Shown here one piece after another: positions 35,337 through 47,748 of a DNA stretch of 64,000 nt. Position 1 is the stretch's first letter; every line of letters begins with the position of its first letter. The DNA comes from Azolla caroliniana. Its lineage: Eukaryota; Plantae; Polypodiophyta. The stretch is taken from the NCBI GenBank assembly GCA_043228905.1, contig JBHGNT010000011.1, positions 6,138,001 to 6,202,000 on the forward strand, in the 5' to 3' direction. The notes under the pieces are model-generated. The model ran no database searches and had not been told where the DNA came from. It was given only the letters and a program-made list of their open reading frames with translations. The position numbers and the translations under genes are program-made.

Positions 35337-38300
35337 TATGCTTTTGGAATTGCAATGGATACCCATGGAATGCGGGATTTGGCATAGAGGAGTTCATCGA
35401 TGACTAGGATATCACACTTCTTGTTGAAACATAGGAGCATGATACTCAAAGGAATCAAGGTTTAGGAAACTATAATGTACACTCTTTGATATGGAAGAAA
35501 AATCCAAGACAAAGAAGAGGACAAGGAGGGGTGGCATGTTTGATTAAGCAGGAAATGGAGAAATATGTGTCAATCATAAAAAATGATGAACATAAATGCT
35601 ACATATGGCTCAAAATAGAAACACCTAATGATTTGCCCACTTTTGTAGTTGCATGTTACATTCCTCATCAAGATTCTAACTTTTATGCTTGTTTGGATAA
35701 AGATCAACCATTTGCCAATTTAGAAGATGATATTTCTTATTTCAAATCCAAAGGGGAAGTTATTGTCTTTGGTGACATGACTGCTCGTACAAGAAGTTTC
35801 CAACTTGATTCACAAGAATCTTTCATGCCACATATCTCAAGGATGCAAGAGGATATGCAAATGTATAGCCGCTCTTTTAGCGATGAAAAAGATCCAGACA
35901 AATTTGGGAAGTTACTCCTACAAATGTGCAATAGTACCAGATTGCTTATTGCAAATAGTATTTCCTTATGGCCCAACACTAATGGTTTTACATGTAGAAA
36001 ACATAACGGAAATAGTTTGATTGACTATATACTACTTTCCGAAGGTATTTTGGATCGTATACATAAATTCTCACTTGGTGAATGGACACCAGAATCTAAT
36101 CATAGGCCTTTATGTATTGATCTCAAATGTATGCATAGGTTTGATTCTGAGAAGGCTATTGAAGATAATAAACAACCGCACTTGAGCATGAACCTTAAGC
36201 GAGCACCCATGTAGTACAAGATGGTTGAGGATATGTTACAAATGACAAAGATACAATATGGTGCCACACTAGAATGCAAATGGGAAGCTTTCAAGAAAGT
36301 CATTCTCTCCTATACAAACAAATGTTTTTTGACCAACCACACATCTTGGAAATGCACCAAGAAACTGAGGAAAAAATGGTTTGATAAAGAATGTCGTGAA
36401 GCTCGAAAGTGCCTTATGGTTTTGGATGTAGTTAAGGACAAAGAGAATTACCAAAAGCATTTGCATGAGTATAAAAGGCTTATTCAAAGAAAGAGAAGAA
36501 TATGGGAAGCTACTCAACAATTTATCGAAACGCAAGAGAAAGCACATGCATGTGCTAAATTTTGGGGAAATCTAAAGGGGAAACGTGTTGAGAGTTATGG
36601 TGACTTAACTCTTCATGACTTGTCTATGCATTGTAAGAATTTATATGAGTTATCTCTTGCCAGAAAGATGATGTGTTATGGTTCTCTTTCACATATGCCT
36701 CCCTTCTTTACAATTGAAGATATATGCATAGGATTTAAGAAATTGGCCTCTCGAAAGGCAAGCAATCTTCAATGTATAAAGGTTGAAATGCTCAAATGGA
36801 CGGGAAAGGAAGCACATATATGGATAAGCGATATGTTTAATGATGCATTGCAACATGGCATGACGTACAATTGGACTACAAATTGGATCAAACCTTTACA
36901 TAAAGGTGGAGATATAAATAATGTAAACAACTATCGAACCATCATGGTTGACTCATCAATGGCAAAACTATTTGGATGTATAATGGAATCAAAGATAAGT
37001 GAAACACCATAGCACCATTGATCACCTTATGACCCTTCGAGTATTAATGGAGGAAAGTCGCCTTAGAGGTAAAGGTCTATATTGTTGCTTTGTAGACTTC
37101 AAGAAAGCTTTTGATATGGTACCTCGTGAGCATCTTTGGAGGCAAATGGAAGAACTTGAGGTGCCAAGTGAATATATGCTTGCAATTTCCCGAATTTATG
37201 AGAAGGTTATATGTTGTGTGCACATGAGAGATAAACTTTCAGATTTTTTCAAAAGCACTATTGGTGTTAAGCAAGGATGCCCACTCTCACCAACACTATT
37301 TCGTCTATGAATTGATGAATTGGAAGAAATGGTTGCCAAGTTTGCAAAGGAAGAATGTGTTGAAGAAGTTGCCATTGGGAATGTTGTGATTATGCTTTTG
37401 CTATATGCAGATGATGTAGTGCTTTTTGCAAATACTTTAGGAGATGCACAAAAACTTATGAAAGCATGGGAAATTTTTTGCATGCATACTAAATTAAGTG
37501 TCAATAGCTCTAAAACAAAGATTATGCTTGTGAAGAGCCAAAAAAGAGATAAACCATGCATTATGTACAACAATGAGCCACTTGAATGTGTGGAAAGCTT
37601 CAAATATCTTGGCCTTGAAGTTCCTTCCAATCATAGATGGAATGAATGTGCCACACGCCGCTTAGAGGCGGGTAAGCGAGCATACTATGCATTTGAGAAC
37701 ACATGCAACCTTGGAGATATTAAGTGTTGGGTCCTCAAGAAATAACTTTTTTACTGACACCGGTTCTTCTCTATGGGGTGGAAGTATGGGGCAGTAGCAT
37801 CCCTAAATCTATGTGGAAAGAGTTTGAAAATGTCCAAAAACATTTTCTTACAAAGTTTCTACAAGTTAAGAAACAAACGCCCTACACCCTCCTCCTTGAG
37901 ACAAGATCGCTTCCCATTGAGATCATGGCCATGGAAAGGGTTGTTGAATACATGCTTAAGGTTCAAAAAAGTCCCTCACATCGACTTCCTAGAATTGTAT
38001 GGGAAGCAAGCAAAAAAATCCAAAAGACGTATAAAAGCAAAATTTTGTGTTCCGGTAGGATGTAAGATATAGAAAAATGGTTTGGTATATGGGATGTGAG
38101 ACACTTGCTTCATGATGCATCATTAGATTCCTCTGTAAATGAGGCCTTCTTGCAACGCCAATGTATCATGACATGGGACAAATGTGGAGGCTCACACTTC
38201 ACACATTATACTACACATGGTGCACCTAACTACAAAACCATATTCTTTGCGGAACGGGGAAATCGTACACATCGATACATGTTAGAGCCCATACCATTAT

Positions 38301-38617
38301 CTGCCATTCGAACCATTGCTTCCATGCGACTTAGCTCACATGCATTGCGATGTGAAACAGGGCGTTGGGGCACAAGTGATGAGAGTGGTTGACTATGCAC
38401 ACTTTGACCTAAACAAGTTCACGAGTCTGAGTATCACACTTTGATACAATGCTCTGCCTTTGATCATATTCGACCATGCTTTCCACATCTCTTCGATCAA
38501 GCCCAATCCTTGCATGAATTCCTCTCACAACCACAATGTGCACTCTCCATTGCAACATTCATTGGTAAAGTTCTTGAACATCGAGAGTCACTGTTCACTT
38601 TCACACGTATCACATGA
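35337..38617 (+). pseudogene. LINE ORF2 (APE endonuclease, RT, C-terminal Cys/His), disrupted
   Basis: WNCNG, GQGGVA, VFGDMTART, SLIDY, SNHRP; FVDFKKAFD, GVKQGCPLSPTLF, LLYADD, FKYLG; RLSSHALRCETGRW. Confidence 0.88.
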
Positions 38618-39049
38618 AATGTAATATTTTTGGTCTCATAGGTCATATTTGACCTTCGAAGATGATAATATAATCTCTCTCTCTCTCTCTCTCTCGTAAT
38701 AGAAATAAATGAATAGACAAAGAAGACAATAGTTAAATATACACCATTTCTCATTAATAAAGAGGTTTGACACACATACAAGAGTAGAGGGATTAGTGTT
38801 TGTCTTAATTATATCTTAACCCTAATATCTCTTAGCAAAAATAGAAGATTAAGGGGATAGAGTGAAAGCTCTTAATGCACTAATGAAAGGAGAAAACCCA
38901 AGAATGGAGAAGAGCTACAAAAGTCACCAAAGACTATGCAAAGAAGGTTAGAAAGAGGAAATGTTTGTATTTCTAAAACTAATAGCAAACTTGTGCACCA
39001 AAAGATAGAAGTTCGGTATCATACTATCAACAAAGGAGGAAAATTTCAT

Positions 39050-41500
39050 GGATGTCTTTTGACAAGGCAAGTCAAACATGCTTCCGAACCATCAAGCTTG
39101 TGATTGTCTTATTGATATGCAACCAAGAAAAGAGCCACCATGGGAACCCATTTACAATTTTTCATTATCAAAGCTTGAATCACTTCATAGATTTAAGAAC
39201 TTAGCAAGTGAACCCATTTGACATTCGCAATCTCCTACTAATGCATAAATATTCTTTATAAAGAATAAAGAAGGTTCTCTTAATTTGGTCGTATATTATC
39301 AAGGATTGAGTAGGGTAGCTTTTTAAAATAGGTATGCTTTACCTTTGATCTCAAGTCTTTTGAATATCCTTTGTTAGGAAAATATTTCACAAAGCTATAT
39401 CTTCGAGTGCGTACAACTTTGTTCGTATTCCTCTAGAAGATGAATGGAAGACTCCTTCGCACACTTGTTATGGAAATTTTGAATATACAATTATGTCATT
39501 CAGTGTCACAAGTGCATCTGTGGTTTTTCAGCAAATGGAAAATAATATTTTCCAAGATTTCTTAAACATTTTTACCATAGTTTATTTAGACAAAACTATT
39601 ATCTACTAAAAAACTCAAGAAGAGCATTGTGTCGATTTACCTAAAGATTTGCAATCACCCCATGAATTTTGTCTCTATGCCAAACTAGAAAAGTGAAATA
39701 AATGTCAAGATCTAGTGTTCAGAAAGCCCCCAAAGGCCTACATTAATTTACCAGCGCCAACGCAAGCGTAGGTTGAGGGCAGTAAAGAATTGCAAGTCTA
39801 GCTAAGCCAAAGCTTTTGATAACAATCAAGTCAAATTTCTAGGCTATATAGTCCTAGTATCTCTATGGATCTAACTAAGGTTCAAATAGTTCTAGAGCGG
39901 TAGACACCACGACTTATACTTCATGTGTGTAGAAAGTAGCGTGCGGAAGCAAGTATGAAGACCGAACAGAAGGAAGGAAACTCAGGTTTAATGGAGAGCT
40001 TGAGCTTACACGGTATACGCGGGAGAGACAGAGAGAGAAAACACCAAAAAACTATATTTAACAATAATACTCAATCTGTGTACATAAGACATGCTCAGTG
40101 AGCACTTTTATACAAGTCCTAGAAGGACTGACCGAAGTACTGACAGTACTTCAATGCTCATCAAGAGCTCCTACACTAACTCCCAAATATATTCCTCACG
40201 GAATATCTTTCCTAACGACCTCTCGGTGTATGCACTCGGCCTAACCGATCGGTCCCAACCGATCCGGTCCTCGGCTTCTTCAGCCGAACCGGCCGATGTT
40301 GAGCTTGTCTCTCAACAATGTGCTTGTATTGTTTGAGGGCACTACATGGGAAGTAGATGCTCTATATTGTTTGTTATTCATATATAGAACCTTGTGTAGG
40401 AGAAGCAACTTTTGATTGACAAAAGAAATTCCTCTTAGATTCTAAATTTCTACGACTATTGGTAGCTAACTTTTAGATGCCCCCCCATAAATGCAAAGCT
40501 TATAGATTCCATCCATACAGGTATTGATATGAAGATACTTGTTCTAGGTCTAATAATTCTCATAAATATTATAATCAATTCAATTCATGTGATGGACTCC
40601 TCTAGAATAATGTTTTATACGTTCCTAATGGCCCTTCTCAATAGTGAATCTTGCATTTGAACAATGGTACTTGCAACTATGCCATGGCACACTTGTGCTC
40701 AAGCACTTGGGAGCTCACAAGAATTAGGCTTGACATTCCAAACTATCAGTGGCTTGAATTACATAAATTTGTTAAGGATTATGTTCAAACAAGATATACA
40801 TGTTGCCCTTATTTATGTTTCTTCATTAACTACAAAGACAATGATCAGGTCAAGTTCTTACATTGAGTAGAGTTTTCTTATAATAAATCTGTGCATTCTT
40901 CTACGGGAGACATTCCGTTCTTCACAAACACGTGAAATCATCCTCGTTAGACTATTCTTGAACATCTAAATCTTTGAGATTCCTACAATTGAAGAGAGTC
41001 TGGCTCAATTTCAAGAGATTACAACCAAGTTTTCTCAACATTTTTCATGTGCTCAAGTTGCACACTACTTAACAACATATTATTTTTGTTTGGATTCGTC
41101 ATCAAAAACCTCAAACATTTAGAGTTCAGGATCGTATATTGAACAACACAAGAATGTGAAGACAATGAGACCATGTGATAAGTTGGATTATCAACGTTAT
41201 GGTCCATTTAGGATATTTGGGCAAATTAATGCAATTGTGTTTCATTTTGATCTCTCTTCACACTAGCACCTTCACTTTGTATTCCACATCTCACTAATGC
41301 CTCACCAACCATCTTGCAATAGGTTATAAGGGTACAAAACATAAAGTTGTGGGCTCAAATGACTCATTTCACATAACTTAGTACATCATATATCACTTTT
41401 CATAAATGGCATAACAATCTAAACTACGGCCTAATTAGAGGGTGGCTCTCTACTTCTCTTTGCTTGTTTATGATTTGGATTTTGTTTCTTGCATCCCTAA
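39050..41500 (+). pseudogene. Very old, degraded chromovirus-type Gypsy pol
   Basis: Scattered remnants such as PPWEPIYN, KNKEGSL, KNRYALPLI, DEWKT, VYLD, YAKLEK, YGPFRI amid many stops. Confidence 0.55.
39928..40317 (-). mobile_element. Solo LTR (Copia-like), TSD ATGTG
   Basis: TGTAGAAAG...CTCTCAACA, with ATGTG at 39923-39927 and 40318-40322. Confidence 0.75.
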
Positions 41501-42010
41501 ATGTTATTGACTATTTTCAATTATCTAAAATTTGATGATAGTCATATGTATCCACTTTGAAGCAATGTCCCTGGCTAACCAATAGGTCTACTTTAGCGTA
41601 TAGAATGAAGAAGCCAAATAATATTTTACAATACCATTGGGATAACAGATTTAAAATTTTGACATATTTGCAACTTGAGCATAGCATTGAAGTCACAAAA
41701 TAGAGAGAATCTAAGTCAATCCTCAATGGGATCAATCCTATCCCATAGACTATATCGCTCTTGTGATATGAATCTTTATCTATCTCTCGCTCAAGAGGAG
41801 ACTTACAATGAAATGACTATTACAACATTGACTCTAATAGCAATCAAAATATTCATTGATCTTGTAACAGCCTTATTAGAGCACAAGGAAAGACAAGCAA
41901 ATAAAAATGATATGACGATCTTGGGCAAGAAGTCGTGGTGGGATGAGATATGGTTTACTTTGGTGTTGTGGGCTTGAAGAAGGCATTGCAACACATATTT
42001 CTGCTTCGTA

Positions 42011-42209
42011 CATAACACATGCTCCTAAACTAAATGAGAGTATCCTTAACCTTGCCTTTGCAAGAGATACACACATTGACAAGAGTTATTATCATCCTCA
42101 TTATTTTTGTGTCTTACATAACACAAATGCCCCTAAACCAAATGAGAGTATCTTTAACCTTGCCTTTGCGAGAGATACACACATTGACATGAGTTGTTAT
42201 CATCCTCAT
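42011..42209. repeat. ~90-bp direct duplication
   Basis: AAATGAGAGTATC.TTAACCTTGCCTTTGC.AGAGATACACACATTGACA.GAGTT.TTATCATCCTCAT occurs twice. Confidence 0.8.
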
Positions 42210-45200
42210 GAGTCAAATACAATTTGTGATAATGTAGTATGATTAGAAATGATAAGCACTCGCAAAAGACATGAGGGAGGCTCTATTAATTTTTATACTT
42301 GGACACATGACGTACAAGCCTCGATATTTCATATTTCATGCCATAAATCGTATGGGAAAAAGTCTCAAGGTCATTAATTTGCATCCACCACAAGCTCAAT
42401 ACTCTACTTTTCTCCGTCTTTTATACTTGCTATAGATGCAATTCTACGAAGTCGATCTGAAAGGTTTTTTGCATCTTAAGCATGTATTTTTATTGCCTCC
42501 AAGCCCACAATAAACTATGAATGAATTTGATCTCAAGTAGAAGAATTATGTTTATTATCTTTTCACTTCAAACAAATTTGCATGAAAATGTTTTTGCTCA
42601 TGTTTAGAATCGCTCTACTTAGACTTTGAGATTTTACCATGCCTTGGTGCTAAGACCCACTACATTGCCAATGTTGAGAGTGCAACCTTCCACTGGACTA
42701 TACTAAGGGTATTTACAATGTTTCTAAACATATCATGAGTTGAGTGGGTATTACATTATCGATGTGTTAAGGTTTAACTCATCTAAAATGTTTAGCTAAT
42801 CAGTTGAAATAGGGAAGTCTTATTCTTTTGTGTGTGAATGGTATAAATAAATAAGATAGTGGGTGTGTGCTTTAGTTTTACAAAGAAGGCACAAAAATGA
42901 TCATGTTATTTAACTTATTGGTGATGAAGGCTTCATTTACATTTTAAATACTATTGAAAAAAATCTTTCAAGGAAAAAAAAAGGCTTCATAATAGTATCA
43001 AAGCCATGTGATGAGGGATTTATTGAGATAGGGGAAGAACTTAATAAAACATTGTCATCGTTGCCTGTTACATGGAAGAGGAGAATAAAGAATAACCAAA
43101 TAATCAATTGACAAATGATATAACCTAGTACAGGGAAAGGTTCTCGGTAAAAGTTGATAAGACTGGGAGAGGAGAAACAAATTCAAAGCCATTGGAGAGA
43201 AGGAAGAAATGGATACATAATAGAACTGTCAAGCAATGTATTCACTTTACCAAAATTCATAGGTGCTCAAGATGTTGATTTTCACCTAAATATGTGACAA
43301 TGTTGCATTAATTGAGATAGAAGACCAATATATGAGACTAAGATGTAGTAGATTTATATCGGTTGTTATGCTATCATATTTTGCTTGATTTTATTAGCAA
43401 CGAAAGACTCTTGGATGAACAAAAAACGTTTTTACACTAAAGAACAAGAATCTTATGGCTAATCTTGCATATTAATACCATAGAACACTAAAGGTTAAAA
43501 TATAGAATAAAGAAATATGTGTTATTTTCTTCCTCTTGAAAATTTGGCATTCATTTAATGGTTGAGAAGGAATCTTCAAGGCATAGTGCATAATAAAAGA
43601 ATATGTGTGTGTATGTATGTATGTGCACGCATATAGGTCATTATGAATTCACATGGATATTTATAGATAATCAAACAAGACAAACCATTGAAATAAAAAT
43701 GCACGTGTTTCACTATGAAAATTAATCACATTGCCTTGCGTGACGTTGCCTTTTCAGAATGCCCAAATGGTGCTACAATCATAAATAAAAACACCACGAC
43801 GTCAAAGAGGTATTTCTTGAGAATCCAACATATTGATTTCTCCTACGTTGCACATGTTCTCCATTGCATATTATGCTCGCTTATTGAGATCAACCAAAAG
43901 TAAAACACGTCTCCTCTTTTATAGTTACATAAATAAGTTTGCCATAAGACTTTCCTTCGTGCACCACATGGTTAAACCTACCAGTCTAGATTCAAATAGA
44001 AAACAAAGTGAAAGTCTTATCGCAAGGATCCTTAGAGGAGCAACCCCATGCAATAACTTTGAGTTCACCAACATGTTATGGGGGGTGTCTATCTATGAAT
44101 CTCCTTGCCTATGCTCCAACCATGGAATTGGTTAATGTATGAAGAAAGAAAGAAAAGGGATATTGTCATATTCTAATCTCATATAAAAATAGGAGATGCT
44201 CACCATAAACACCATATGTGACTTGGGTATAGAGTCTCAAAGCCGAAGTTCAATGTGCACAATTCTTTATCATGTCGTGTGCCCCTTATATCGTATTTGG
44301 AGTATGTGATGCAAAATAGGTGGCACAAAAACATATTTCTTAGGCCAAATTCAGCATGGATGGATGGGTGTCTCGCCTTATTCATCCTCGCTTGCAATTA
44401 GCGATGCATTATGTGCTTCTTGGAACCTGCACACGTTCTTCTAATGAGCACGTGTTCAACACCTTTGACGTTTTAATTTGACTGGTGTTTTTCAATGGTT
44501 GTCAATCATCACATGATCTTCATATCAAACCATTTGCTTTCTTATTTTGAGGCAATTCTTAGGAAGTGATGCTTTACAAACAATGATCAGTCAACAAGCT
44601 TTTGATGCTCTCATAACATGAGAATAGGGAATCACATTTTGCCAAACACAAGGATACAAATTTGATAACTATCAACAATATTATTTTCAATATCTCATCA
44701 TTTAAAGCCCATAATAAGACATCCCATACCATGAATACCTTGACTTGCCATCAAATTGTATAAGAACTCTAAGTCATAATTTTGTTTTAAATATCCAGAG
44801 TGGTAAACAGATAAAAGATAAAAGATAAAATGTAAGTAAGGGAAAGTCGAATGCCCATGACAATTTACTAGTTAAAATAAAAATCTACAATCCAGTTCAA
44901 CGTAACGGCTAGATTTTTTCCTTTTTTAAAACAAACATTGCATCTTGATACTTCATTACTTTCTATATTGTGAGAAATAGGACCTTACAAAAGGTTCTTG
45001 TTGTTGGATCCATATTTGTCGAGCCTGGCATTTTCTATATTTTTCTCTCACCAAAGCATGACACTACTAATTCAAAGTGAAAGGGCAAAACTTTCATCGC
45101 TTTTTACCTTTGCATGATGATGTAGGCCCAAGCTTGACATATAAAAGAAGTCGTTTTCAACATATTTAACGATTTTATTCTATTTTTAAAATGTTTTTAT

Positions 45201-47249
45201 TTGTTGAATTGGAGGTAAACTAGGACGAAGTTTCGGCACAACTTCATCTTGCGTCTAAAAGAGAAGATACTTTGAGTTAAGAAATCCATAAGCTAGATGT
45301 TGAACAAGTTTTTACGCGCAATTCTAACCTCATTTGTCAAAACCTTTTCAACTTTCCATCTCAATATAGTTAAGAAAAGCAAGTATAATTTTCAGTAACA
45401 CATACACATGCTTTCTCGTGCCGATGCTTTTCTTTGAACATAATGAATGTAAAGCACCAAAACAAAATTATAGGTAGTGATCATGTGAACATGCTTTTGG
45501 AAGTATTCAAGGCTTAGATTTTGTGACTCCAAATGCCATTGTAAATTTTAATGCAAATTTATGCAAAAAGAAATAGCACACGTTAGATTTTCCCAGCTCC
45601 CATGCTATTTCCTTAGGATGAATAGTGATATCAAAATAACAAAAATTCCACAATATTTCTTCTATATATTGTAAATGTCTATTCCTTTTCGTGTGTGTGT
45701 GTGTGTGTGCACTCATTTTCGTGATCACCTTAGCATGAACATGATAAGCTACAAGTTACAACAACATATGTCACATAGTTATGATATTTGTCATGCAAAA
45801 AGGATTTACGCATTTAGGTCTTTTGTGTATATGAATGTACACTTATGTGTGTGTATGAATGTATATCTTATACCTTAAGATATGTAGTGCAATGATTAGG
45901 TTTGATTTGCCCTCACTTCACAACTTAGATTAATATAATGATTGAAATTGATGTTTTCTTTCATAATTCAATGGAGCATATTATTTGGCTCATTTTCATC
46001 CTTTATAATAGTCAAACCTGGAGGGGCCGAAGTCTATGGTAGAGTACAAAAATTTATATACTCTACCATTGTTTAGTAAGAATAGATAACATTTCAAGAC
46101 ATAAAATGTGGAGGACATGGATAGTTTGAGGCTACAATCATGGTACATTGTGCACATTATGGATCGATGTATGGTCTAGGGACATATAGGAATGCGAGGA
46201 CGACCCCACGTGGGCGTCCATGTGTCAGGCATAGTAGGGTTGAAACATATGGACCAAAAGATATTCATGTAATCAAGCATTTTGTATGGACGAGTTACCA
46301 TTTGGAAGAACTAGCTTGTATAGGTAGATTTTGGCTCTAGATTAGTATCAAAAGTTGTTTTGCCACACTGAAGTCATAGATGTATCCAACCACCTTTTAG
46401 ATTTAACATTAACATATGATCAACAACATAGCATGTGCGTGTTGGGGGGTGGTTATAGAGAGCAAGTTACATGTTATGTACTAGTGTATTACATGTAGCT
46501 TGAAATAAGCATGGCCTTTCTAGTGCATACATAGAGGCCACAAACATTCACATTGCCCATGCATTGACCCATAAACATTGAAGCGAATAAGGTAGTGTCT
46601 GGTGGAAAAAGTGGCTCCCCATGCTCAATATTTGTATTAAGAGAGATTATACTTTGGGAGTGTGTTGTTTGAGCAAGGTGTGTAGGAAAATATATTGTGG
46701 GTGTAGAATGCACTCTTTAATAATGTCTAGGAATAGAAGATGTGAAAGAAAAAGAATGCATTGCTTAATGAAGAATGACTTTGTTATTACATATGTTTAT
46801 GAATGCAGCCAAACATGTGGAGAGAGCATCCATATGAATTCATGAGACAGGGGTTGAATGTTTCTAAGCTCCATGGGTCCAGAAACTGTCATGGAACTAC
46901 TGGGTGCTTGAAAGTGTCAAGTTTCATTTTCGTCACTAATCCAACGCAGCATAAGACGCTTTTCCAAGTTCAAGTTTTCTATCAATGCTTTTTAAAAATC
47001 TCCCTATTTTATGTGTGTGTACGCGCCGAATCAACCGATACGATGCACACATTGGAAGGAAAGGGGTGGACAGGTTCCATAAGATGATGTTTGGATGTGT
47101 ATGTATGCTTGTGTGAGGGCGTGTGTGTAAGCATGAGTGAACACACCCAATCAATATATACAATACATTACATAAATATATTTACCTAGGGGGGGAGGGG
47201 CCCATTCCATTGGTCACTTGTATTTGCTCTATGTGACTACTTCCTTGGG

Positions 47250-47250
<1 letters not shown>

Positions 47251-47282
<32 letters not shown>

Positions 47283-47346
47283 ATGGATGTACATACATAC
47301 ATACATACATACATACATACATACATACATACATACATACATACAT

Positions 47347-47397
<51 letters not shown>

Positions 47398-47430
47398 TAC
47401 ATACATACATACATACATACATACATACAT

Positions 47431-47481
<51 letters not shown>

Positions 47482-47515
47482 TACATACATACATACATAC
47501 ATACATACATACATG
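47251..47515. repeat. Compound (TG)n/(TACA)n/(CA)n microsatellite with a higher-order duplication
   Basis: Directly visible; source of the spurious MYVC/HTYI ORFs. Confidence 0.95.
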
Positions 47516-47748
47516 ATATATATAGATGACCAATGCATACCCTGTTTTGTGATGATATAATTAAGAGCACAACAACTGCATTCATATTTGGTTATATAAA
47601 GCATTTCCTCCCTCTCTCCCTTATCTCTTCTTCTTCTTCATCTTCTTTCTTCTTCCTTCTTCATCACTATCTTCTTCTTCTTCTTCTCCTGCTTCTTCTT
47701 CTTCTTCCATAGCCAGTTAGCCTCCTCCACCCTTGATTTGCTCACTCA

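Larger units (their letters stand above)
34181..38673 (+). mobile_element. Near full-length LINE (RTEX/L2-like) sitting in a (TC)n microsatellite
   Basis: ORF1 plus degenerate ORF2. (CT)n at 34169-34180 and 38674-38695; 3' stem-loop AGGTCA-TATT-TGACCT and a TGA/TAA tail. Confidence 0.85.

Noticed and set aside
42300-46900. Possible decayed DNA transposon or gene fragments
   Set aside because: AT-rich sequence with only short ORFs and no motif I could confidently recognise; the same applies to 57300-59400 and 60180-60930.
47182-47604. MYVC/HTYI repeat ORFs
   Set aside because: Translations of a microsatellite.
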